The notes beneath the pieces were generated by a model. That model was not told the origin of the DNA, ran no database searches, and was given only the letters and a program-made list of their open reading frames with translations. From the NCBI GenBank assembly GCA_031546825.1, contig JAVBJU010000002.1:124453-148452 (forward strand): a stretch of 24,000 nucleotides of DNA, written 5' to 3'. Within the stretch, counting starts at the first letter, position 1, and every line of letters starts with the position of its first letter. This DNA comes from Microvirga sp. Lineage in GTDB: Bacteria > Pseudomonadota > Alphaproteobacteria > Rhizobiales > Beijerinckiaceae. This document shows positions 1-8,307 of this stretch, piece by piece. The position numbers and the translations under genes are program-made.

Positions 1-1
1 C

Positions 2-784
2 AACAACGCGGAAGCACAATATCATATTGCCTCCTTTTATGCCAAAGGCAGCAACGGCCTGCCAAAGAGCATTCCTAAAGCCCTCTATTGGTATAGAAAG
101 GCCGCGGCTCTCGGTTTTCCCGAAGCTCAGGAAGAACTCGGCCGTCGATATGGATACGGGGATGGCCTGAAGCAAAACCTCGACAAAGCGATTTACTGGA
201 TACGCAAATGCAAGGCACAAACGCTCTTTCGTGAGCTTTGGGAGAAATACCCGGATAAATGGGCGACGCTGCTGTTTCCCAATGCCATATCGGAGCTTTC
301 TTACGATGGAAAAGGCCGCAACCTGCGTATGTCAGGGCATCTTATTCATTTGACACCCGTGCGTTATTCTGTCGGAAGCGCGGGCGTTGCCTCGGATATG
401 ACTGTCTGTGGTCTGATCATCAAACGAGCTGGGCGAAAAACACAAGGTATCATGACCTATGGTGCGTGGAACCGTATTGTTGAAATGGATACCTGCGAAA
501 AATTTGTTGGTGCCGGCCTCATGCCTCCTCTCGAGGGGGCGAGCCGGATCGGTCTGATTTACTACGCCAGCAGCAACTCATCTCAAGGCGGGGCTGAGAC
601 CGGCCCCATGGTCCTGATAGAAGATCAAAAAACCCGAAAATGGCGTATCGACGAAGTTTCCTCCGAAGCCGTGACGGGTTTTGTGACAATTGATGGCGAA
701 GACAAGATGATTGAAACAATCGACGATATGCGTAAATTCCTGTCGCAGCCTACCGCGCCAGTTCCCGCAAGCCCAGCCGAATGA
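2..784 (+). CDS. Sel1 (TPR-like) repeat protein, 5'-truncated by the window edge. The C-terminal ~190 aa match no family I recognise.
   Basis: Frame 2 is open from nt 2 to the stop at 782-784. The ORF track shows only the part from the internal Met at 329. Nt 2-200 translate to two textbook Sel1 repeats: [67 protein letters not shown]. Confidence 0.75.
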   Translation, partial: NNAEAQYHIASFYAKGSNGLPKSIPKALYWYRKAAALGFPEAQEELGRRYGYGDGLKQNLDKAIYWIRKCKAQTLFRELWEKYPDKWATLLFPNAISELSYDGKGRNLRMSGHLIHLTPVRYSVGSAGVASDMTVCGLIIKRAGRKTQGIMTYGAWNRIVEMDTCEKFVGAGLMPPLEGASRIGLIYYASSNSSQGGAETGPMVLIEDQKTRKWRIDEVSSEAVTGFVTIDGEDKMIETIDDMRKFLSQPTAPVPASPAE

Positions 785-1367
785 GCACCTTGGCTTCGGC
801 CCCCTCTTCCGCCTGCTTGAGGGCGGCGGCGATTGCAGCGGAGGCTTGTGCGCGGGGGTAGCCGAGATTGACGAGGCCGGAAACCGCATCGGCTACCGCG
901 CCGGACGCGGTGTTGTCATCGAGGGAATCGGACAGTCGCACCAACGCCGGATCAACCGAAGAGAAGGCGGGCACCTTGTCTTTCAATTCGATGCAAAGGC
1001 GTTGCGCCAGCTTCGGCCCGACACCCGACGCCCGACCAACAGCGGCCTTATCGCCGGTTGCAATGGCGGTGGCCAGTGAGCCGGTGTCAAAAATCGAGAG
1101 AAGAGCAAGCGCCACCTTAGCGCCAACCCCCTGCACCGATTGCAGCAGCCGGAACCATTCGCGTTCATTGTCTGACTTGAAGCCGAAAAGGCGAATGGCG
1201 TCTTCGCGCACTTGCGTCTCGATGGAAAGCACCGCTGCCTCGCCCACGGGCGGCAGGTTTTGCAGGGTACGCGTCGAGCATTGCACCACATAGCCCACGC
1301 CATGCACGTCAAGAATGATGAAATCCTCGCCGTAGCTATCGATGACGCCTTTGAGTTTGCCGATCAC
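750..1367 (-). CDS. ruvA: Holliday junction DNA helicase subunit RuvA
   Basis: The translation (V/M)[30 protein letters not shown]... ends in a domain III-like tail, [15 protein letters not shown]...[12 protein letters not shown] moved the start from the track's TTG at 1394 to the GTG at 1367, which gives the canonical MIGKLKG N-terminus. A GCGAGG Shine-Dalgarno sits 6 nt upstream. Confidence 0.9.
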   Translation of the reverse strand: MIGKLKGVIDSYGEDFIILDVHGVGYVVQCSTRTLQNLPPVGEAAVLSIETQVREDAIRLFGFKSDNEREWFRLLQSVQGVGAKVALALLSIFDTGSLATAIATGDKAAVGRASGVGPKLAQRLCIELKDKVPAFSSVDPALVRLSDSLDDNTASGAVADAVSGLVNLGYPRAQASAAIAAALKQAEEGAEAKVLIRLGLRELAR

Positions 1368-1474
1368 GTTTTGCCTCGCCGTGGGGGGAATCAATTGGAA
1401 TACTGTTGCTTATCTAGCATTGTTTGAAGCGGCGAAGGGGGCAGTCGTTTGCGAGCTCCACCGGGAAAACACGA

Positions 1475-2395
1475 TTACTTCGTGGCGGGTGGCGTATTGT
1501 CTTTCCCCTTGTTGCGGAATGCGGCGCAGACATCTTCTTCGGGAGCCCGGCCAATAAACCAGACATAATCATAGCGCCCCTTCGCCTGGGCCAGCACCTC
1601 GGCGGGCTTCACCAGCTCTTTACCGATATGGGTTTCCTGCAAGGTAATTGAAACCGTTGCGGCCCCCGTCTCCCGGTTCACCAGTAACGGCACGGAGACA
1701 TCTTTACGGCTATGGCCGCGCCCCGAATAGAACAGCACACGGGAGTGGTGAGCGAGAGCGGATCGAACCACAGACGCCATCGCCAAATCGCGGTTTGCCT
1801 GCGCGCGCCCGAATTTTTCCGCCTGTGCCTCGTTGAGCGCATTGCAATGGGCCTCATTCATCAACCCACCCCAGGTGCTGACGATCTGCCCGGCCTGATC
1901 GCCGAGACGCGGCGCAAGCTCATCGAGCGCTGGCGTCGGCGTGCCCTTGGGTTGGTCGGCACCGTAAACCGCATTGCCTCCCTTGAACGCCCCGCCATAG
2001 AGCGGCAGATAGACCGGCCATGCGGGCCAGCCGCTTTTGCCCCATTGCAGCGCCTCGCCCAGCCCTTTGGCATCACGCGGATGCTCTTTGCGGTAAGCGT
2101 CGATGATGGGTTGTTTTTCGGCGGCGACATGCTCAACCACAACGGCGCGTTTATCTCCACCGGCGCTATTCAGTTTTTGCAAAAGACAGGCAGCCGCATT
2201 GACATGTTCTTTGACACCATGGCGCTCGCCAACCGCAACGAGTTTGGCGCTATCAATCTCCTGCATCACCTTGTCAAAGGAAACGCTACGCCCATCGGCA
2301 ACCCGCACTATTTTACCACCGCAATCGGCGGCCAATGCGTTGGCAGGCAGGAGCCCGAAGGCAATGACAATTCCAGTCAGAAAGCGAGACCCCAT
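1475..2395 (-). CDS. ChaN family / Tiki-superfamily periplasmic protein (putative haem- or iron-associated), with a signal peptide
   Basis: Three signatures support the call:
- an N-terminal signal peptide, MGSRFLTGIVIAFGLLPANALA;
- the motif LVAVGERHGVKEHVNAAACLLQKL;
- a C-terminal NRDLAMA...VLFYSGRGHSRKDVSVP.
These are as I remember them for PF04187 (ChaN). A strong AGGAGGAG RBS lies upstream of the ATG at 2395. Confidence 0.7.
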   Translation of the reverse strand: MGSRFLTGIVIAFGLLPANALAADCGGKIVRVADGRSVSFDKVMQEIDSAKLVAVGERHGVKEHVNAAACLLQKLNSAGGDKRAVVVEHVAAEKQPIIDAYRKEHPRDAKGLGEALQWGKSGWPAWPVYLPLYGGAFKGGNAVYGADQPKGTPTPALDELAPRLGDQAGQIVSTWGGLMNEAHCNALNEAQAEKFGRAQANRDLAMASVVRSALAHHSRVLFYSGRGHSRKDVSVPLLVNRETGAATVSITLQETHIGKELVKPAEVLAQAKGRYDYVWFIGRAPEEDVCAAFRNKGKDNTPPATK

Positions 2396-2409
2396 AGACT
2401 CCTCCTGTT

Positions 2410-2838
2410 TTATTCAAGCTCTAGCCAAAGGGTTTCTTCGGGATTGGGAATGAAGAGAAAAGATGTCCAGCAATCACTCATTTCCGTTCCAACTTCCGCG
2501 CCGCAAGCGCATATTCTGTTGGGCCCGTTGCATCCATCGAGACCACAACATCCGTTCAACCTTGAGCTGATTTTTGTGTAACCAACAGTTTCCAAAAGGT
2601 CTCTGTCTGTCATCCAAATTTGTGGGACATATTCAAGACGGCTCTCTGCGAAGCTTATGCCTGCGGATTTTCTATATGGAATGAGAGACTCGAAAGCGAA
2701 ACCCTCTTCCATAACGTGTTGGTTATCAATGAATTCTGGCTCGACCACATTCTCATCACCAAGACACAGAATCGCAACTGGTCGAGAAAGGGTAGTGTGG
2801 CATCGTTTGCAGATGAGCGCTTTGCGGTGTCCTACCAT
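2410..2838 (-). CDS. Hypothetical Cys-rich (probably Zn-binding) protein, 142 aa, no family recognised
   Basis: The ATG at 2838 is preceded by a GGGAGA RBS. The protein has CKRC near the N-terminus and a NGCCGLDGCNGPNRICACGAEVGTEMSDCW cluster near the C-terminus. It sits 38 nt after the ruvC stop and 14 nt before the chaN-like start. The DNA is visibly more AT-rich than its neighbours (not computed). Confidence 0.6.
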   Translation of the reverse strand: MVGHRKALICKRCHTTLSRPVAILCLGDENVVEPEFIDNQHVMEEGFAFESLIPYRKSAGISFAESRLEYVPQIWMTDRDLLETVGYTKISSRLNGCCGLDGCNGPNRICACGAEVGTEMSDCWTSFLFIPNPEETLWLELE

Positions 2839-2876
2839 GCGTTTCTCCCGGTTCGCCTGCGCACGATATCGGGGAA

Positions 2877-3380
2877 TTACCGCGCCAGCAACGCCCGCGC
2901 CTTGCGATGGTGGGCGTGGGTGATGGCAATCGCCAGCGCGTCGGCGGCATCGGCTCCGTTATTATCGGCCTTGGGGAGCAGAACCTTGATCATTGCCTGG
3001 ATTTGCCGCTTGTCGGCGTGGCCGGAACCAACCACTGTTTTCTTGACCATATTGGCGGCGTATTCAGCCACCCGCAAATCGTGCAGGGCTGGCACAAGCA
3101 GCGCAATGCCGCGCGCCTGGCCGAGTTTGAGCGTGGCTTGGGCATCTTTGTTGACGAAAGTTTCTTCCACCGCCGCCTCGTCGGGCGAGAAGGAGCGAAT
3201 GACATCTTCGATGCCATCGTGCAACTGGCGCAACCGCTCCGCCAACGTCAGCTTGTCGTCGGAGAGAATGGTGCCGCAGCCGAGATAGGACAAGCGCGTG
3301 CCTTCAGTGACAATCACCCCCCACCCGGTGCGGCGCAGGCCGGGGTCTATCCCCAAGATACGGACGGGGGGCTCAGCCAT
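2877..3380 (-). CDS. ruvC: Crossover junction endodeoxyribonuclease RuvC
   Basis: [23 protein letters not shown]...[20 protein letters not shown]...[17 protein letters not shown]...[14 protein letters not shown]. This is the canonical RuvC signature and length (167 aa). Confidence 0.93.
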   Translation of the reverse strand: MAEPPVRILGIDPGLRRTGWGVIVTEGTRLSYLGCGTILSDDKLTLAERLRQLHDGIEDVIRSFSPDEAAVEETFVNKDAQATLKLGQARGIALLVPALHDLRVAEYAANMVKKTVVGSGHADKRQIQAMIKVLLPKADNNGADAADALAIAITHAHHRKARALLAR

Positions 3381-3388
3381 GGGCGGGT

Positions 3389-4135
3389 TCAGCCGCCGAG
3401 CTTGGCGACGAGGGCCTCGGAAAGCTCGAAGTTGGAATAGACGTTCTGCACGTCGTCATGGTCCTGAATGGTTTCCATGAGCTTCATCAGCTTCTCACCG
3501 GTCTCGTCATCGACGGCGATGAGGTTTTGAGCCTTCCAGATCAGTTTCGAGGCCGTCGGCTCACCAAACTTGTCTTCAAGCGCTTTGCTGACTTCATTGA
3601 GCGCGGTGTGATCGCAATAGATCTCATGCCCGTGCTCGGACGATTCCACATCGGAGGCCCCGGCTTCAAGGGCCGCTTCAAACACCGCATCTGCGGCGGC
3701 GATGGTCGCCGGATACTCGATATAACCCACATGGTCGAACATGAATGAAACCGCGCCGGTTTCCGCCATGTTGCCACCGCTCTTGGTGAAGTAGGAGCGC
3801 ACATCGGCAGCGGTGCGGTTACGGTTGTCGGTCATCGCTTCGACGATGAGCGCCGTGCCGCCGGGGCCATAACCCTCATAGCGGATTTCATCATAGTTTT
3901 CGCTGTCGCCACCAATCGCCTTGTTGATGGCGCGGGTGATGTTGTCTTTCGGCATATTTTCGGCGCGCGCCGCCAGAATGGCCGAACGCAGGCGCGGGTT
4001 CATGGCCGGGTCTGGCGTGCCGAGTTTGGCGGCAACCGTGATTTCGCGGGCGAGCTTGGAAAAGACTTTCGAGCGCACCGCATCCACACGGCCCTTGCGG
4101 TGCATAATATTTTTAAACTGTGAATGGCCTGCCAT
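3389..4135 (-). CDS. yebC: YebC/PmpR (TACO1) family DNA-binding transcriptional regulator
   Basis: [39 protein letters not shown]...[10 protein letters not shown] chose the start at the third codon of the track ORF (ATG 4135), which gives the canonical MAGHS N-terminus. The stop is 8 nt upstream of the ruvC start, matching the classic yebC-ruvC linkage. Confidence 0.9.
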   Translation of the reverse strand: MAGHSQFKNIMHRKGRVDAVRSKVFSKLAREITVAAKLGTPDPAMNPRLRSAILAARAENMPKDNITRAINKAIGGDSENYDEIRYEGYGPGGTALIVEAMTDNRNRTAADVRSYFTKSGGNMAETGAVSFMFDHVGYIEYPATIAAADAVFEAALEAGASDVESSEHGHEIYCDHTALNEVSKALEDKFGEPTASKLIWKAQNLIAVDDETGEKLMKLMETIQDHDDVQNVYSNFELSEALVAKLGG

Positions 4136-4391
4136 GATCAAAAACTCCGGTCATGAAAGCGGCTTCACCAATGCGGGCCGGTTTCGTGGAACCAGCGATG
4201 AGGCAACCGCTTGCGTAAATCAGATGATGGCTGCTTATAGGGCGAGATGCGGCAAACGCCAAGGGGAAGCCGTGTACGAAGCGCGGGATTGCCGAATTTT
4301 TGCGACGATACTTGAAAAAATTACCGCAATTCCTGCTTGAAAAATGCGTTTGCTCACGGCCCTGTTCTCTGCGACAAAGCCGCCCCGGAAT

Positions 4392-5150
4392 ATGAGTACC
4401 CCCATGAGAAAATGGCTTGCCGCCCTCTCCGTTCTTTGTCTTTCATCCGCACCGGCTGTTGCGCAATCGCCCTGCGCTGCGGTCAGTTTTGAGAGCATTG
4501 ATTACACCATCTGCACGGCCCGCGCGGCAAAGGACGAGATCCGCCTGTTCCTCAATGGCCGTGATGGCAAACCCTATGGCGGGTTCCACGGCATCACCAA
4601 AGGGCTTGAACCCGGCAAGGTGCTTACCTTTGCCATGAATGCAGGCATGTATCATGCCAATCTCGCCCCCGTCGGGCTTTATGTCGAAAAGAGCAGCGAG
4701 ATCGGGCATCTCAATCTACGCTCTGGCCCCGGCAATTTTCACATGCGACCCAATGGCGTGTTTTATCTTGATGGCAAAACAGCGGGCGTCATGGAAGCGG
4801 AACGCTTCGGTAAAAGCGGCATCAGGCCGGTTTATGCGACGCAATCGGGCCCGATGCTGGTGATCGACGGCAAAATCCATCCCAAAATCCGCCCTTCCGG
4901 CACATCGGCCAAATTCCGCAACGGCGTTGGCGTCAGCGGCGACGGCACTGTATATTTCGTTATTTCCGACGAGACAGTCACTTTCCACGCCATAGCACGC
5001 CTGTTCCGAGACCGGCTCAAATGCGCCAATGCGCTTTATTTCGATGGCACGGTTTCAAGCCTTTATGCGCCCACACTCGGCAGAGACACCGACCCGTTCA
5101 TCTCGCTCGGCCCCATCGTCGGAGTGGTGGCAGGCAAGGGCCGGAAGTAA
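4392..5150 (+). CDS. Phosphodiester glycosidase family protein (DUF2233/NAGPA domain), secreted
   Basis: A signal peptide, MRKWLAALSVLCLSSAPAVAQS, is followed by FAMNAGMYH...GPGNFHMRPNGVFYLDG...ATQSGPMLVIDGKIHP...RNGVGVSGDG...ALYFDGTVSSLY. The start is ambiguous among the ATGs at 4344, 4392 and 4404. Only the last two give a sensible signal peptide. Confidence 0.75.
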   Translation: MSTPMRKWLAALSVLCLSSAPAVAQSPCAAVSFESIDYTICTARAAKDEIRLFLNGRDGKPYGGFHGITKGLEPGKVLTFAMNAGMYHANLAPVGLYVEKSSEIGHLNLRSGPGNFHMRPNGVFYLDGKTAGVMEAERFGKSGIRPVYATQSGPMLVIDGKIHPKIRPSGTSAKFRNGVGVSGDGTVYFVISDETVTFHAIARLFRDRLKCANALYFDGTVSSLYAPTLGRDTDPFISLGPIVGVVAGKGRK

Positions 5151-5153
5151 CCT

Positions 5154-5816
5154 CTACCGCGCCGCCAGCCGGTAATGCCCCGTGATCGGGTAGGAGAACA
5201 GAAACTCCTGCTCGCGCGCCCCGGCTCCCACATTGTGGATGACCAGCGGCGTCTTACGATCAGCGGCCAGACGATCTGACACGAGCATGATGTGCGGAAG
5301 GTTGCCCGGCAGCGTCACTGTGACAAGATCGCCCGCCTTATAGTCCGCCGCATTGGCGCTGACGGGAAGGCTTTTGCCCTTTCGGGTGAAAAACACGCGC
5401 AGGTTGGGCACGCGGCGATGGTCGATATTGCTGTCTGCGCCTTTGAGGCCCCAGTTTTTAGGGTACGCGCTGAAATTGGCCCGCATGTCCTCGTTGACCG
5501 TCTTCTGCAGGTCATAGCCAAAGGCATCGCGATAGGCACGGATCACCACATCGGTGCACACGCCCCGGTCGCGCGGCACATCGCCGCCGGGAAACCCGAT
5601 GCGTGCGTAAGTCGGCGTGTACAGCACCGTCACACCAACCTGACGGCGCGCAGCGGCGACCAGCGCCTGAGCGGTGGTTTCAGAAACGGCGGAAGCGGGA
5701 TTGGTTGCGGGGCCAGCGAGAGACGGTGTAGCGGCAAGCAATCCGCACACCACAAGCGCCCTAACCATCAAATGAGAGAACGGTGCACGAGTGTTCATGT
5801 CATCAACCTTGGCCAT
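5154..5816 (-). CDS. DUF1287 domain-containing protein, secreted
   Basis: GGDVPRDRGVCTDVVIRAYRDAFGYDLQKTVNEDMRANFSAYPKNWGLKGADSNIDHRRVPNL...PLVIHNVGAG...ITGHYR matches my memory of DUF1287. I trimmed the start to ATG 5816 (ATG 5798 is an alternative), so the gene no longer overlaps the LysR gene. The sequence around the lysR stop reads TGAAGGTTTTATG, which suggests translational coupling. Confidence 0.7.
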   Translation of the reverse strand: MAKVDDMNTRAPFSHLMVRALVVCGLLAATPSLAGPATNPASAVSETTAQALVAAARRQVGVTVLYTPTYARIGFPGGDVPRDRGVCTDVVIRAYRDAFGYDLQKTVNEDMRANFSAYPKNWGLKGADSNIDHRRVPNLRVFFTRKGKSLPVSANAADYKAGDLVTVTLPGNLPHIMLVSDRLAADRKTPLVIHNVGAGAREQEFLFSYPITGHYRLAAR

Positions 5817-5823
5817 AAAACCT

Positions 5824-6726
5824 TCAGGCACCTGAAGGGCCAAATATGGCGCGCGCATGGCTGACCAAAGCCGAACAGAAATTTTCCGCAGCGGAAGACA
5901 GGCTGCGATCCACACGCCGGATCAAATGCACCTCACGAAACAACTCTTCCGCCAGGGGCCGCGTCACGAGATCGGGGTGGAGAAACTGATAAAGCGTCAG
6001 GCTCGGCACGAGGCTCACACCAAGCCCGGCGGCAATCAGCCCCATCATGGTGGTGAGTTGCTCGACCTCAAAGGTGTGGTAGCGGCCATCGGGTGGCAAT
6101 GCGTGGTCGAGCACCTGCCGAATGCTGGTGCGTTGTGAGAAATTAATGACCATATGACCGTCGAGATCGGTGAGGCGAATGCTCTCATGTTGCGCCAGCG
6201 GGTGGTCTTTGCGGCACACCAGATGGTAGCGTTCACTGCACAGCTTTTCGGAGCACAACTCATCATCATTGACGCGGAATGCGGTGAGGGCAAAGTCGGC
6301 AATATTGTCGTTGAGCATCTGCAGGCAGCGGTCAGATGGTGCATCATACAACTCGATCCGCACCTGCGGATAAGCACGACAGAAATCAGGCAATATCGCA
6401 GGCAGCCAGCTCACAGCCACCGAAGGCAGCGCCGCCACATAAACACGGCCGGTTTCACCGCGACCAATCGCTTTGATTTCCTTTTCAGAGTCTTCATAGA
6501 GGCGAATATGGCGCTGGGCGATAGCATGAAATGCCTCGCCATCCGGGGTGAGGTGAACGCTGCGGGTGTCGCGATCGAACAGGCGGAAACCAAGCTCGGT
6601 TTCCAATGCGTTGATCAAAGCGCTGAAAGCCGGTTGTGAGAGAAAAACAGCGGACGCCGCGCGGGTGAAATTGCGCTGCTCGCATAATGCCATGAAGGCC
6701 TTCAACTGCTTGATCGAAACATTCAC
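5824..6726 (-). CDS. LysR family transcriptional regulator
   Basis: An N-terminal wHTH (NVSIKQLKAFMALCEQRNFTRAASAVFLSQPAFSALINALE) precedes a LysR substrate-binding domain of typical length. The start is the GTG at 6726, with a GGGAGA RBS 7 nt upstream. The gene is divergent from the CitMHS operon. Confidence 0.9.
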   Translation of the reverse strand: MNVSIKQLKAFMALCEQRNFTRAASAVFLSQPAFSALINALETELGFRLFDRDTRSVHLTPDGEAFHAIAQRHIRLYEDSEKEIKAIGRGETGRVYVAALPSVAVSWLPAILPDFCRAYPQVRIELYDAPSDRCLQMLNDNIADFALTAFRVNDDELCSEKLCSERYHLVCRKDHPLAQHESIRLTDLDGHMVINFSQRTSIRQVLDHALPPDGRYHTFEVEQLTTMMGLIAAGLGVSLVPSLTLYQFLHPDLVTRPLAEELFREVHLIRRVDRSLSSAAENFCSALVSHARAIFGPSGA

Positions 6727-6918
6727 GGCGGTATCTCCCTATAAAGCGCGCGCGCCACAACCATCGATAACCCGCTGGAAACGCAGTCCCCTCCCAATTT
6801 CTTCCCATATCCCTTTGTTTTTAAACATTTATTTGATCGACAAATCCAGTGATCCAAACTCTGAATTTCTCTTGGGACGACAGGCTCTTTATACCTCAGT
6901 CTAGTAATTAGTTCGCCC

Positions 6919-6947
6919 GTATTAGCAACGCTTAATACTGAGTATAC
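6919..6947. promoter_or_regulatory. Candidate LysR-type operator: overlapping inverted repeats GTATTA-N8-TAATAC and ATACT-G-AGTAT
   Basis: The sequence reads gtattagcaacgcttaatactgagtatac. It has a perfect 6-bp-arm inverted repeat (6919-6938), and a second small palindrome (6935-6945) shares one arm. It lies 35-60 nt upstream of the CitMHS start, in the divergent LysR/CitMHS intergenic region. Confidence 0.35.
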
Positions 6948-6979
6948 AGCGCCAATCAAAATAATTCAAGGAGCATTTC

Positions 6980-8293
6980 ATGCTAGCAACGCTGGGTATC
7001 TGTACTATCTTTATAGTATTATTAGCAATTCTTACAAATAGAGCATCTCCTCTTGTTGCTCTTATTGCCGTTCCTATTATCGCAGCGCTGATAGGAGGCT
7101 TTGGCTTCGCAACGAGCGGCTTCATCATCAAAGGGATTACATCCATCGCGCCGATTGCTGCGATGTTCGTCTTCGCCATTATCTTCTTCGGCGTGATGAC
7201 AGATGCTGGAATGCTCGACCCCATCATCGACGGCATTCTCAAAAGCGTCGGCGCCAAGCCCGCGCGCATTACCATGGGCACGGCACTGCTGTCGCTTTTG
7301 ATTCACCTCGATGGTTCGGGGGCTATCTGCTTCCTGATTACCGTTCCTGCCATGCTCCCTCTTTATGATCGTCTTGGCATGGATCGGCGTATTCTCGCCT
7401 GCATGGCCGCTCTTCCCGCAGGCGTCAATTTCCTGCCATGGACAGGCCCGACAATTCGTTCGTCGGCAGCCCTCCATATCCCAACCATTGATATTTTCAA
7501 ACCTATCCTGATCCCGCAACTCGTCGGCTTGGTCTTTGTGTTTGTCATCGCTTATTGGCTTGGCAAAAAGGAAGAGCGCCGCCTGGGCCTCAACAATTCC
7601 CGGATGAGCGCTGAACAGCTCCAGTCGCTGGTTGCGACCCGCACATTAACCGACGAAGAGAAAAAAATACGTCGCCCGAAAATGTTCGTGCCAAACCTGC
7701 TCATGACGGCGGTCGTGATGGTGATCATGATCGGTGGCTGGGTTGACCCAACTGTGATGTTCATGGTCGGCACCGTTTTGGCCCTGATGATGAACTATCC
7801 CGATGTTAAGATGCAGAAGGCTCGTGTTGATGCCCATGCCAAGGCGGCGCTCATGATGGCAAGCATTCTCCTTGCGGCTGGCTGCTTCACCGGCATCATG
7901 ACCAATACGGGTATGCTCACAGCCATTGCGAAAGCCGCCGTGTCGGTGGTTCCGCCAGACATGGCACAGCATATACCATTTGTGCTTGGTCTGGTCTCCA
8001 TGCCGCTCAGCCTGCTGTTTGACCCGGATTCGTTCTATCTCGGCGTGATGCCGGTTATCGCCGAAGTCTACAAATCGTTTGGTGGCGATCCGATCCACAT
8101 TGCTCAGGCGGCGATCTTCGGCCTGCACACCACCGGCTTCCCGGTCAGCCCGCTCACGCCCGCAACCTTCCTTCTCGTAGGCCTGTCCGGTATCGAGCTT
8201 AGTGCTCATCAGCGCTTCAGCTTCAAATACCTTTATGCCGCCACCGTCGTTATGACCTTCACTGCGGTCATCATCGGCGTCATCCCGCTATAA
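6980..8293 (+). CDS. CitMHS family (citrate-divalent cation:H+) symporter
   Basis: This is a 437-aa polytopic membrane protein: GVMTDAGMLDPIIDGILK...LLIHLDGSGA...PWTGPT...FDPDSFYLGVMPV, typical of TC 2.A.11. An AAGGAG RBS lies 6 nt before the ATG at 6980. Confidence 0.8.
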   Translation: MLATLGICTIFIVLLAILTNRASPLVALIAVPIIAALIGGFGFATSGFIIKGITSIAPIAAMFVFAIIFFGVMTDAGMLDPIIDGILKSVGAKPARITMGTALLSLLIHLDGSGAICFLITVPAMLPLYDRLGMDRRILACMAALPAGVNFLPWTGPTIRSSAALHIPTIDIFKPILIPQLVGLVFVFVIAYWLGKKEERRLGLNNSRMSAEQLQSLVATRTLTDEEKKIRRPKMFVPNLLMTAVVMVIMIGGWVDPTVMFMVGTVLALMMNYPDVKMQKARVDAHAKAALMMASILLAAGCFTGIMTNTGMLTAIAKAAVSVVPPDMAQHIPFVLGLVSMPLSLLFDPDSFYLGVMPVIAEVYKSFGGDPIHIAQAAIFGLHTTGFPVSPLTPATFLLVGLSGIELSAHQRFSFKYLYAATVVMTFTAVIIGVIPL

Positions 8294-8307
8294 TCCGAGG
8301 TGTTACC

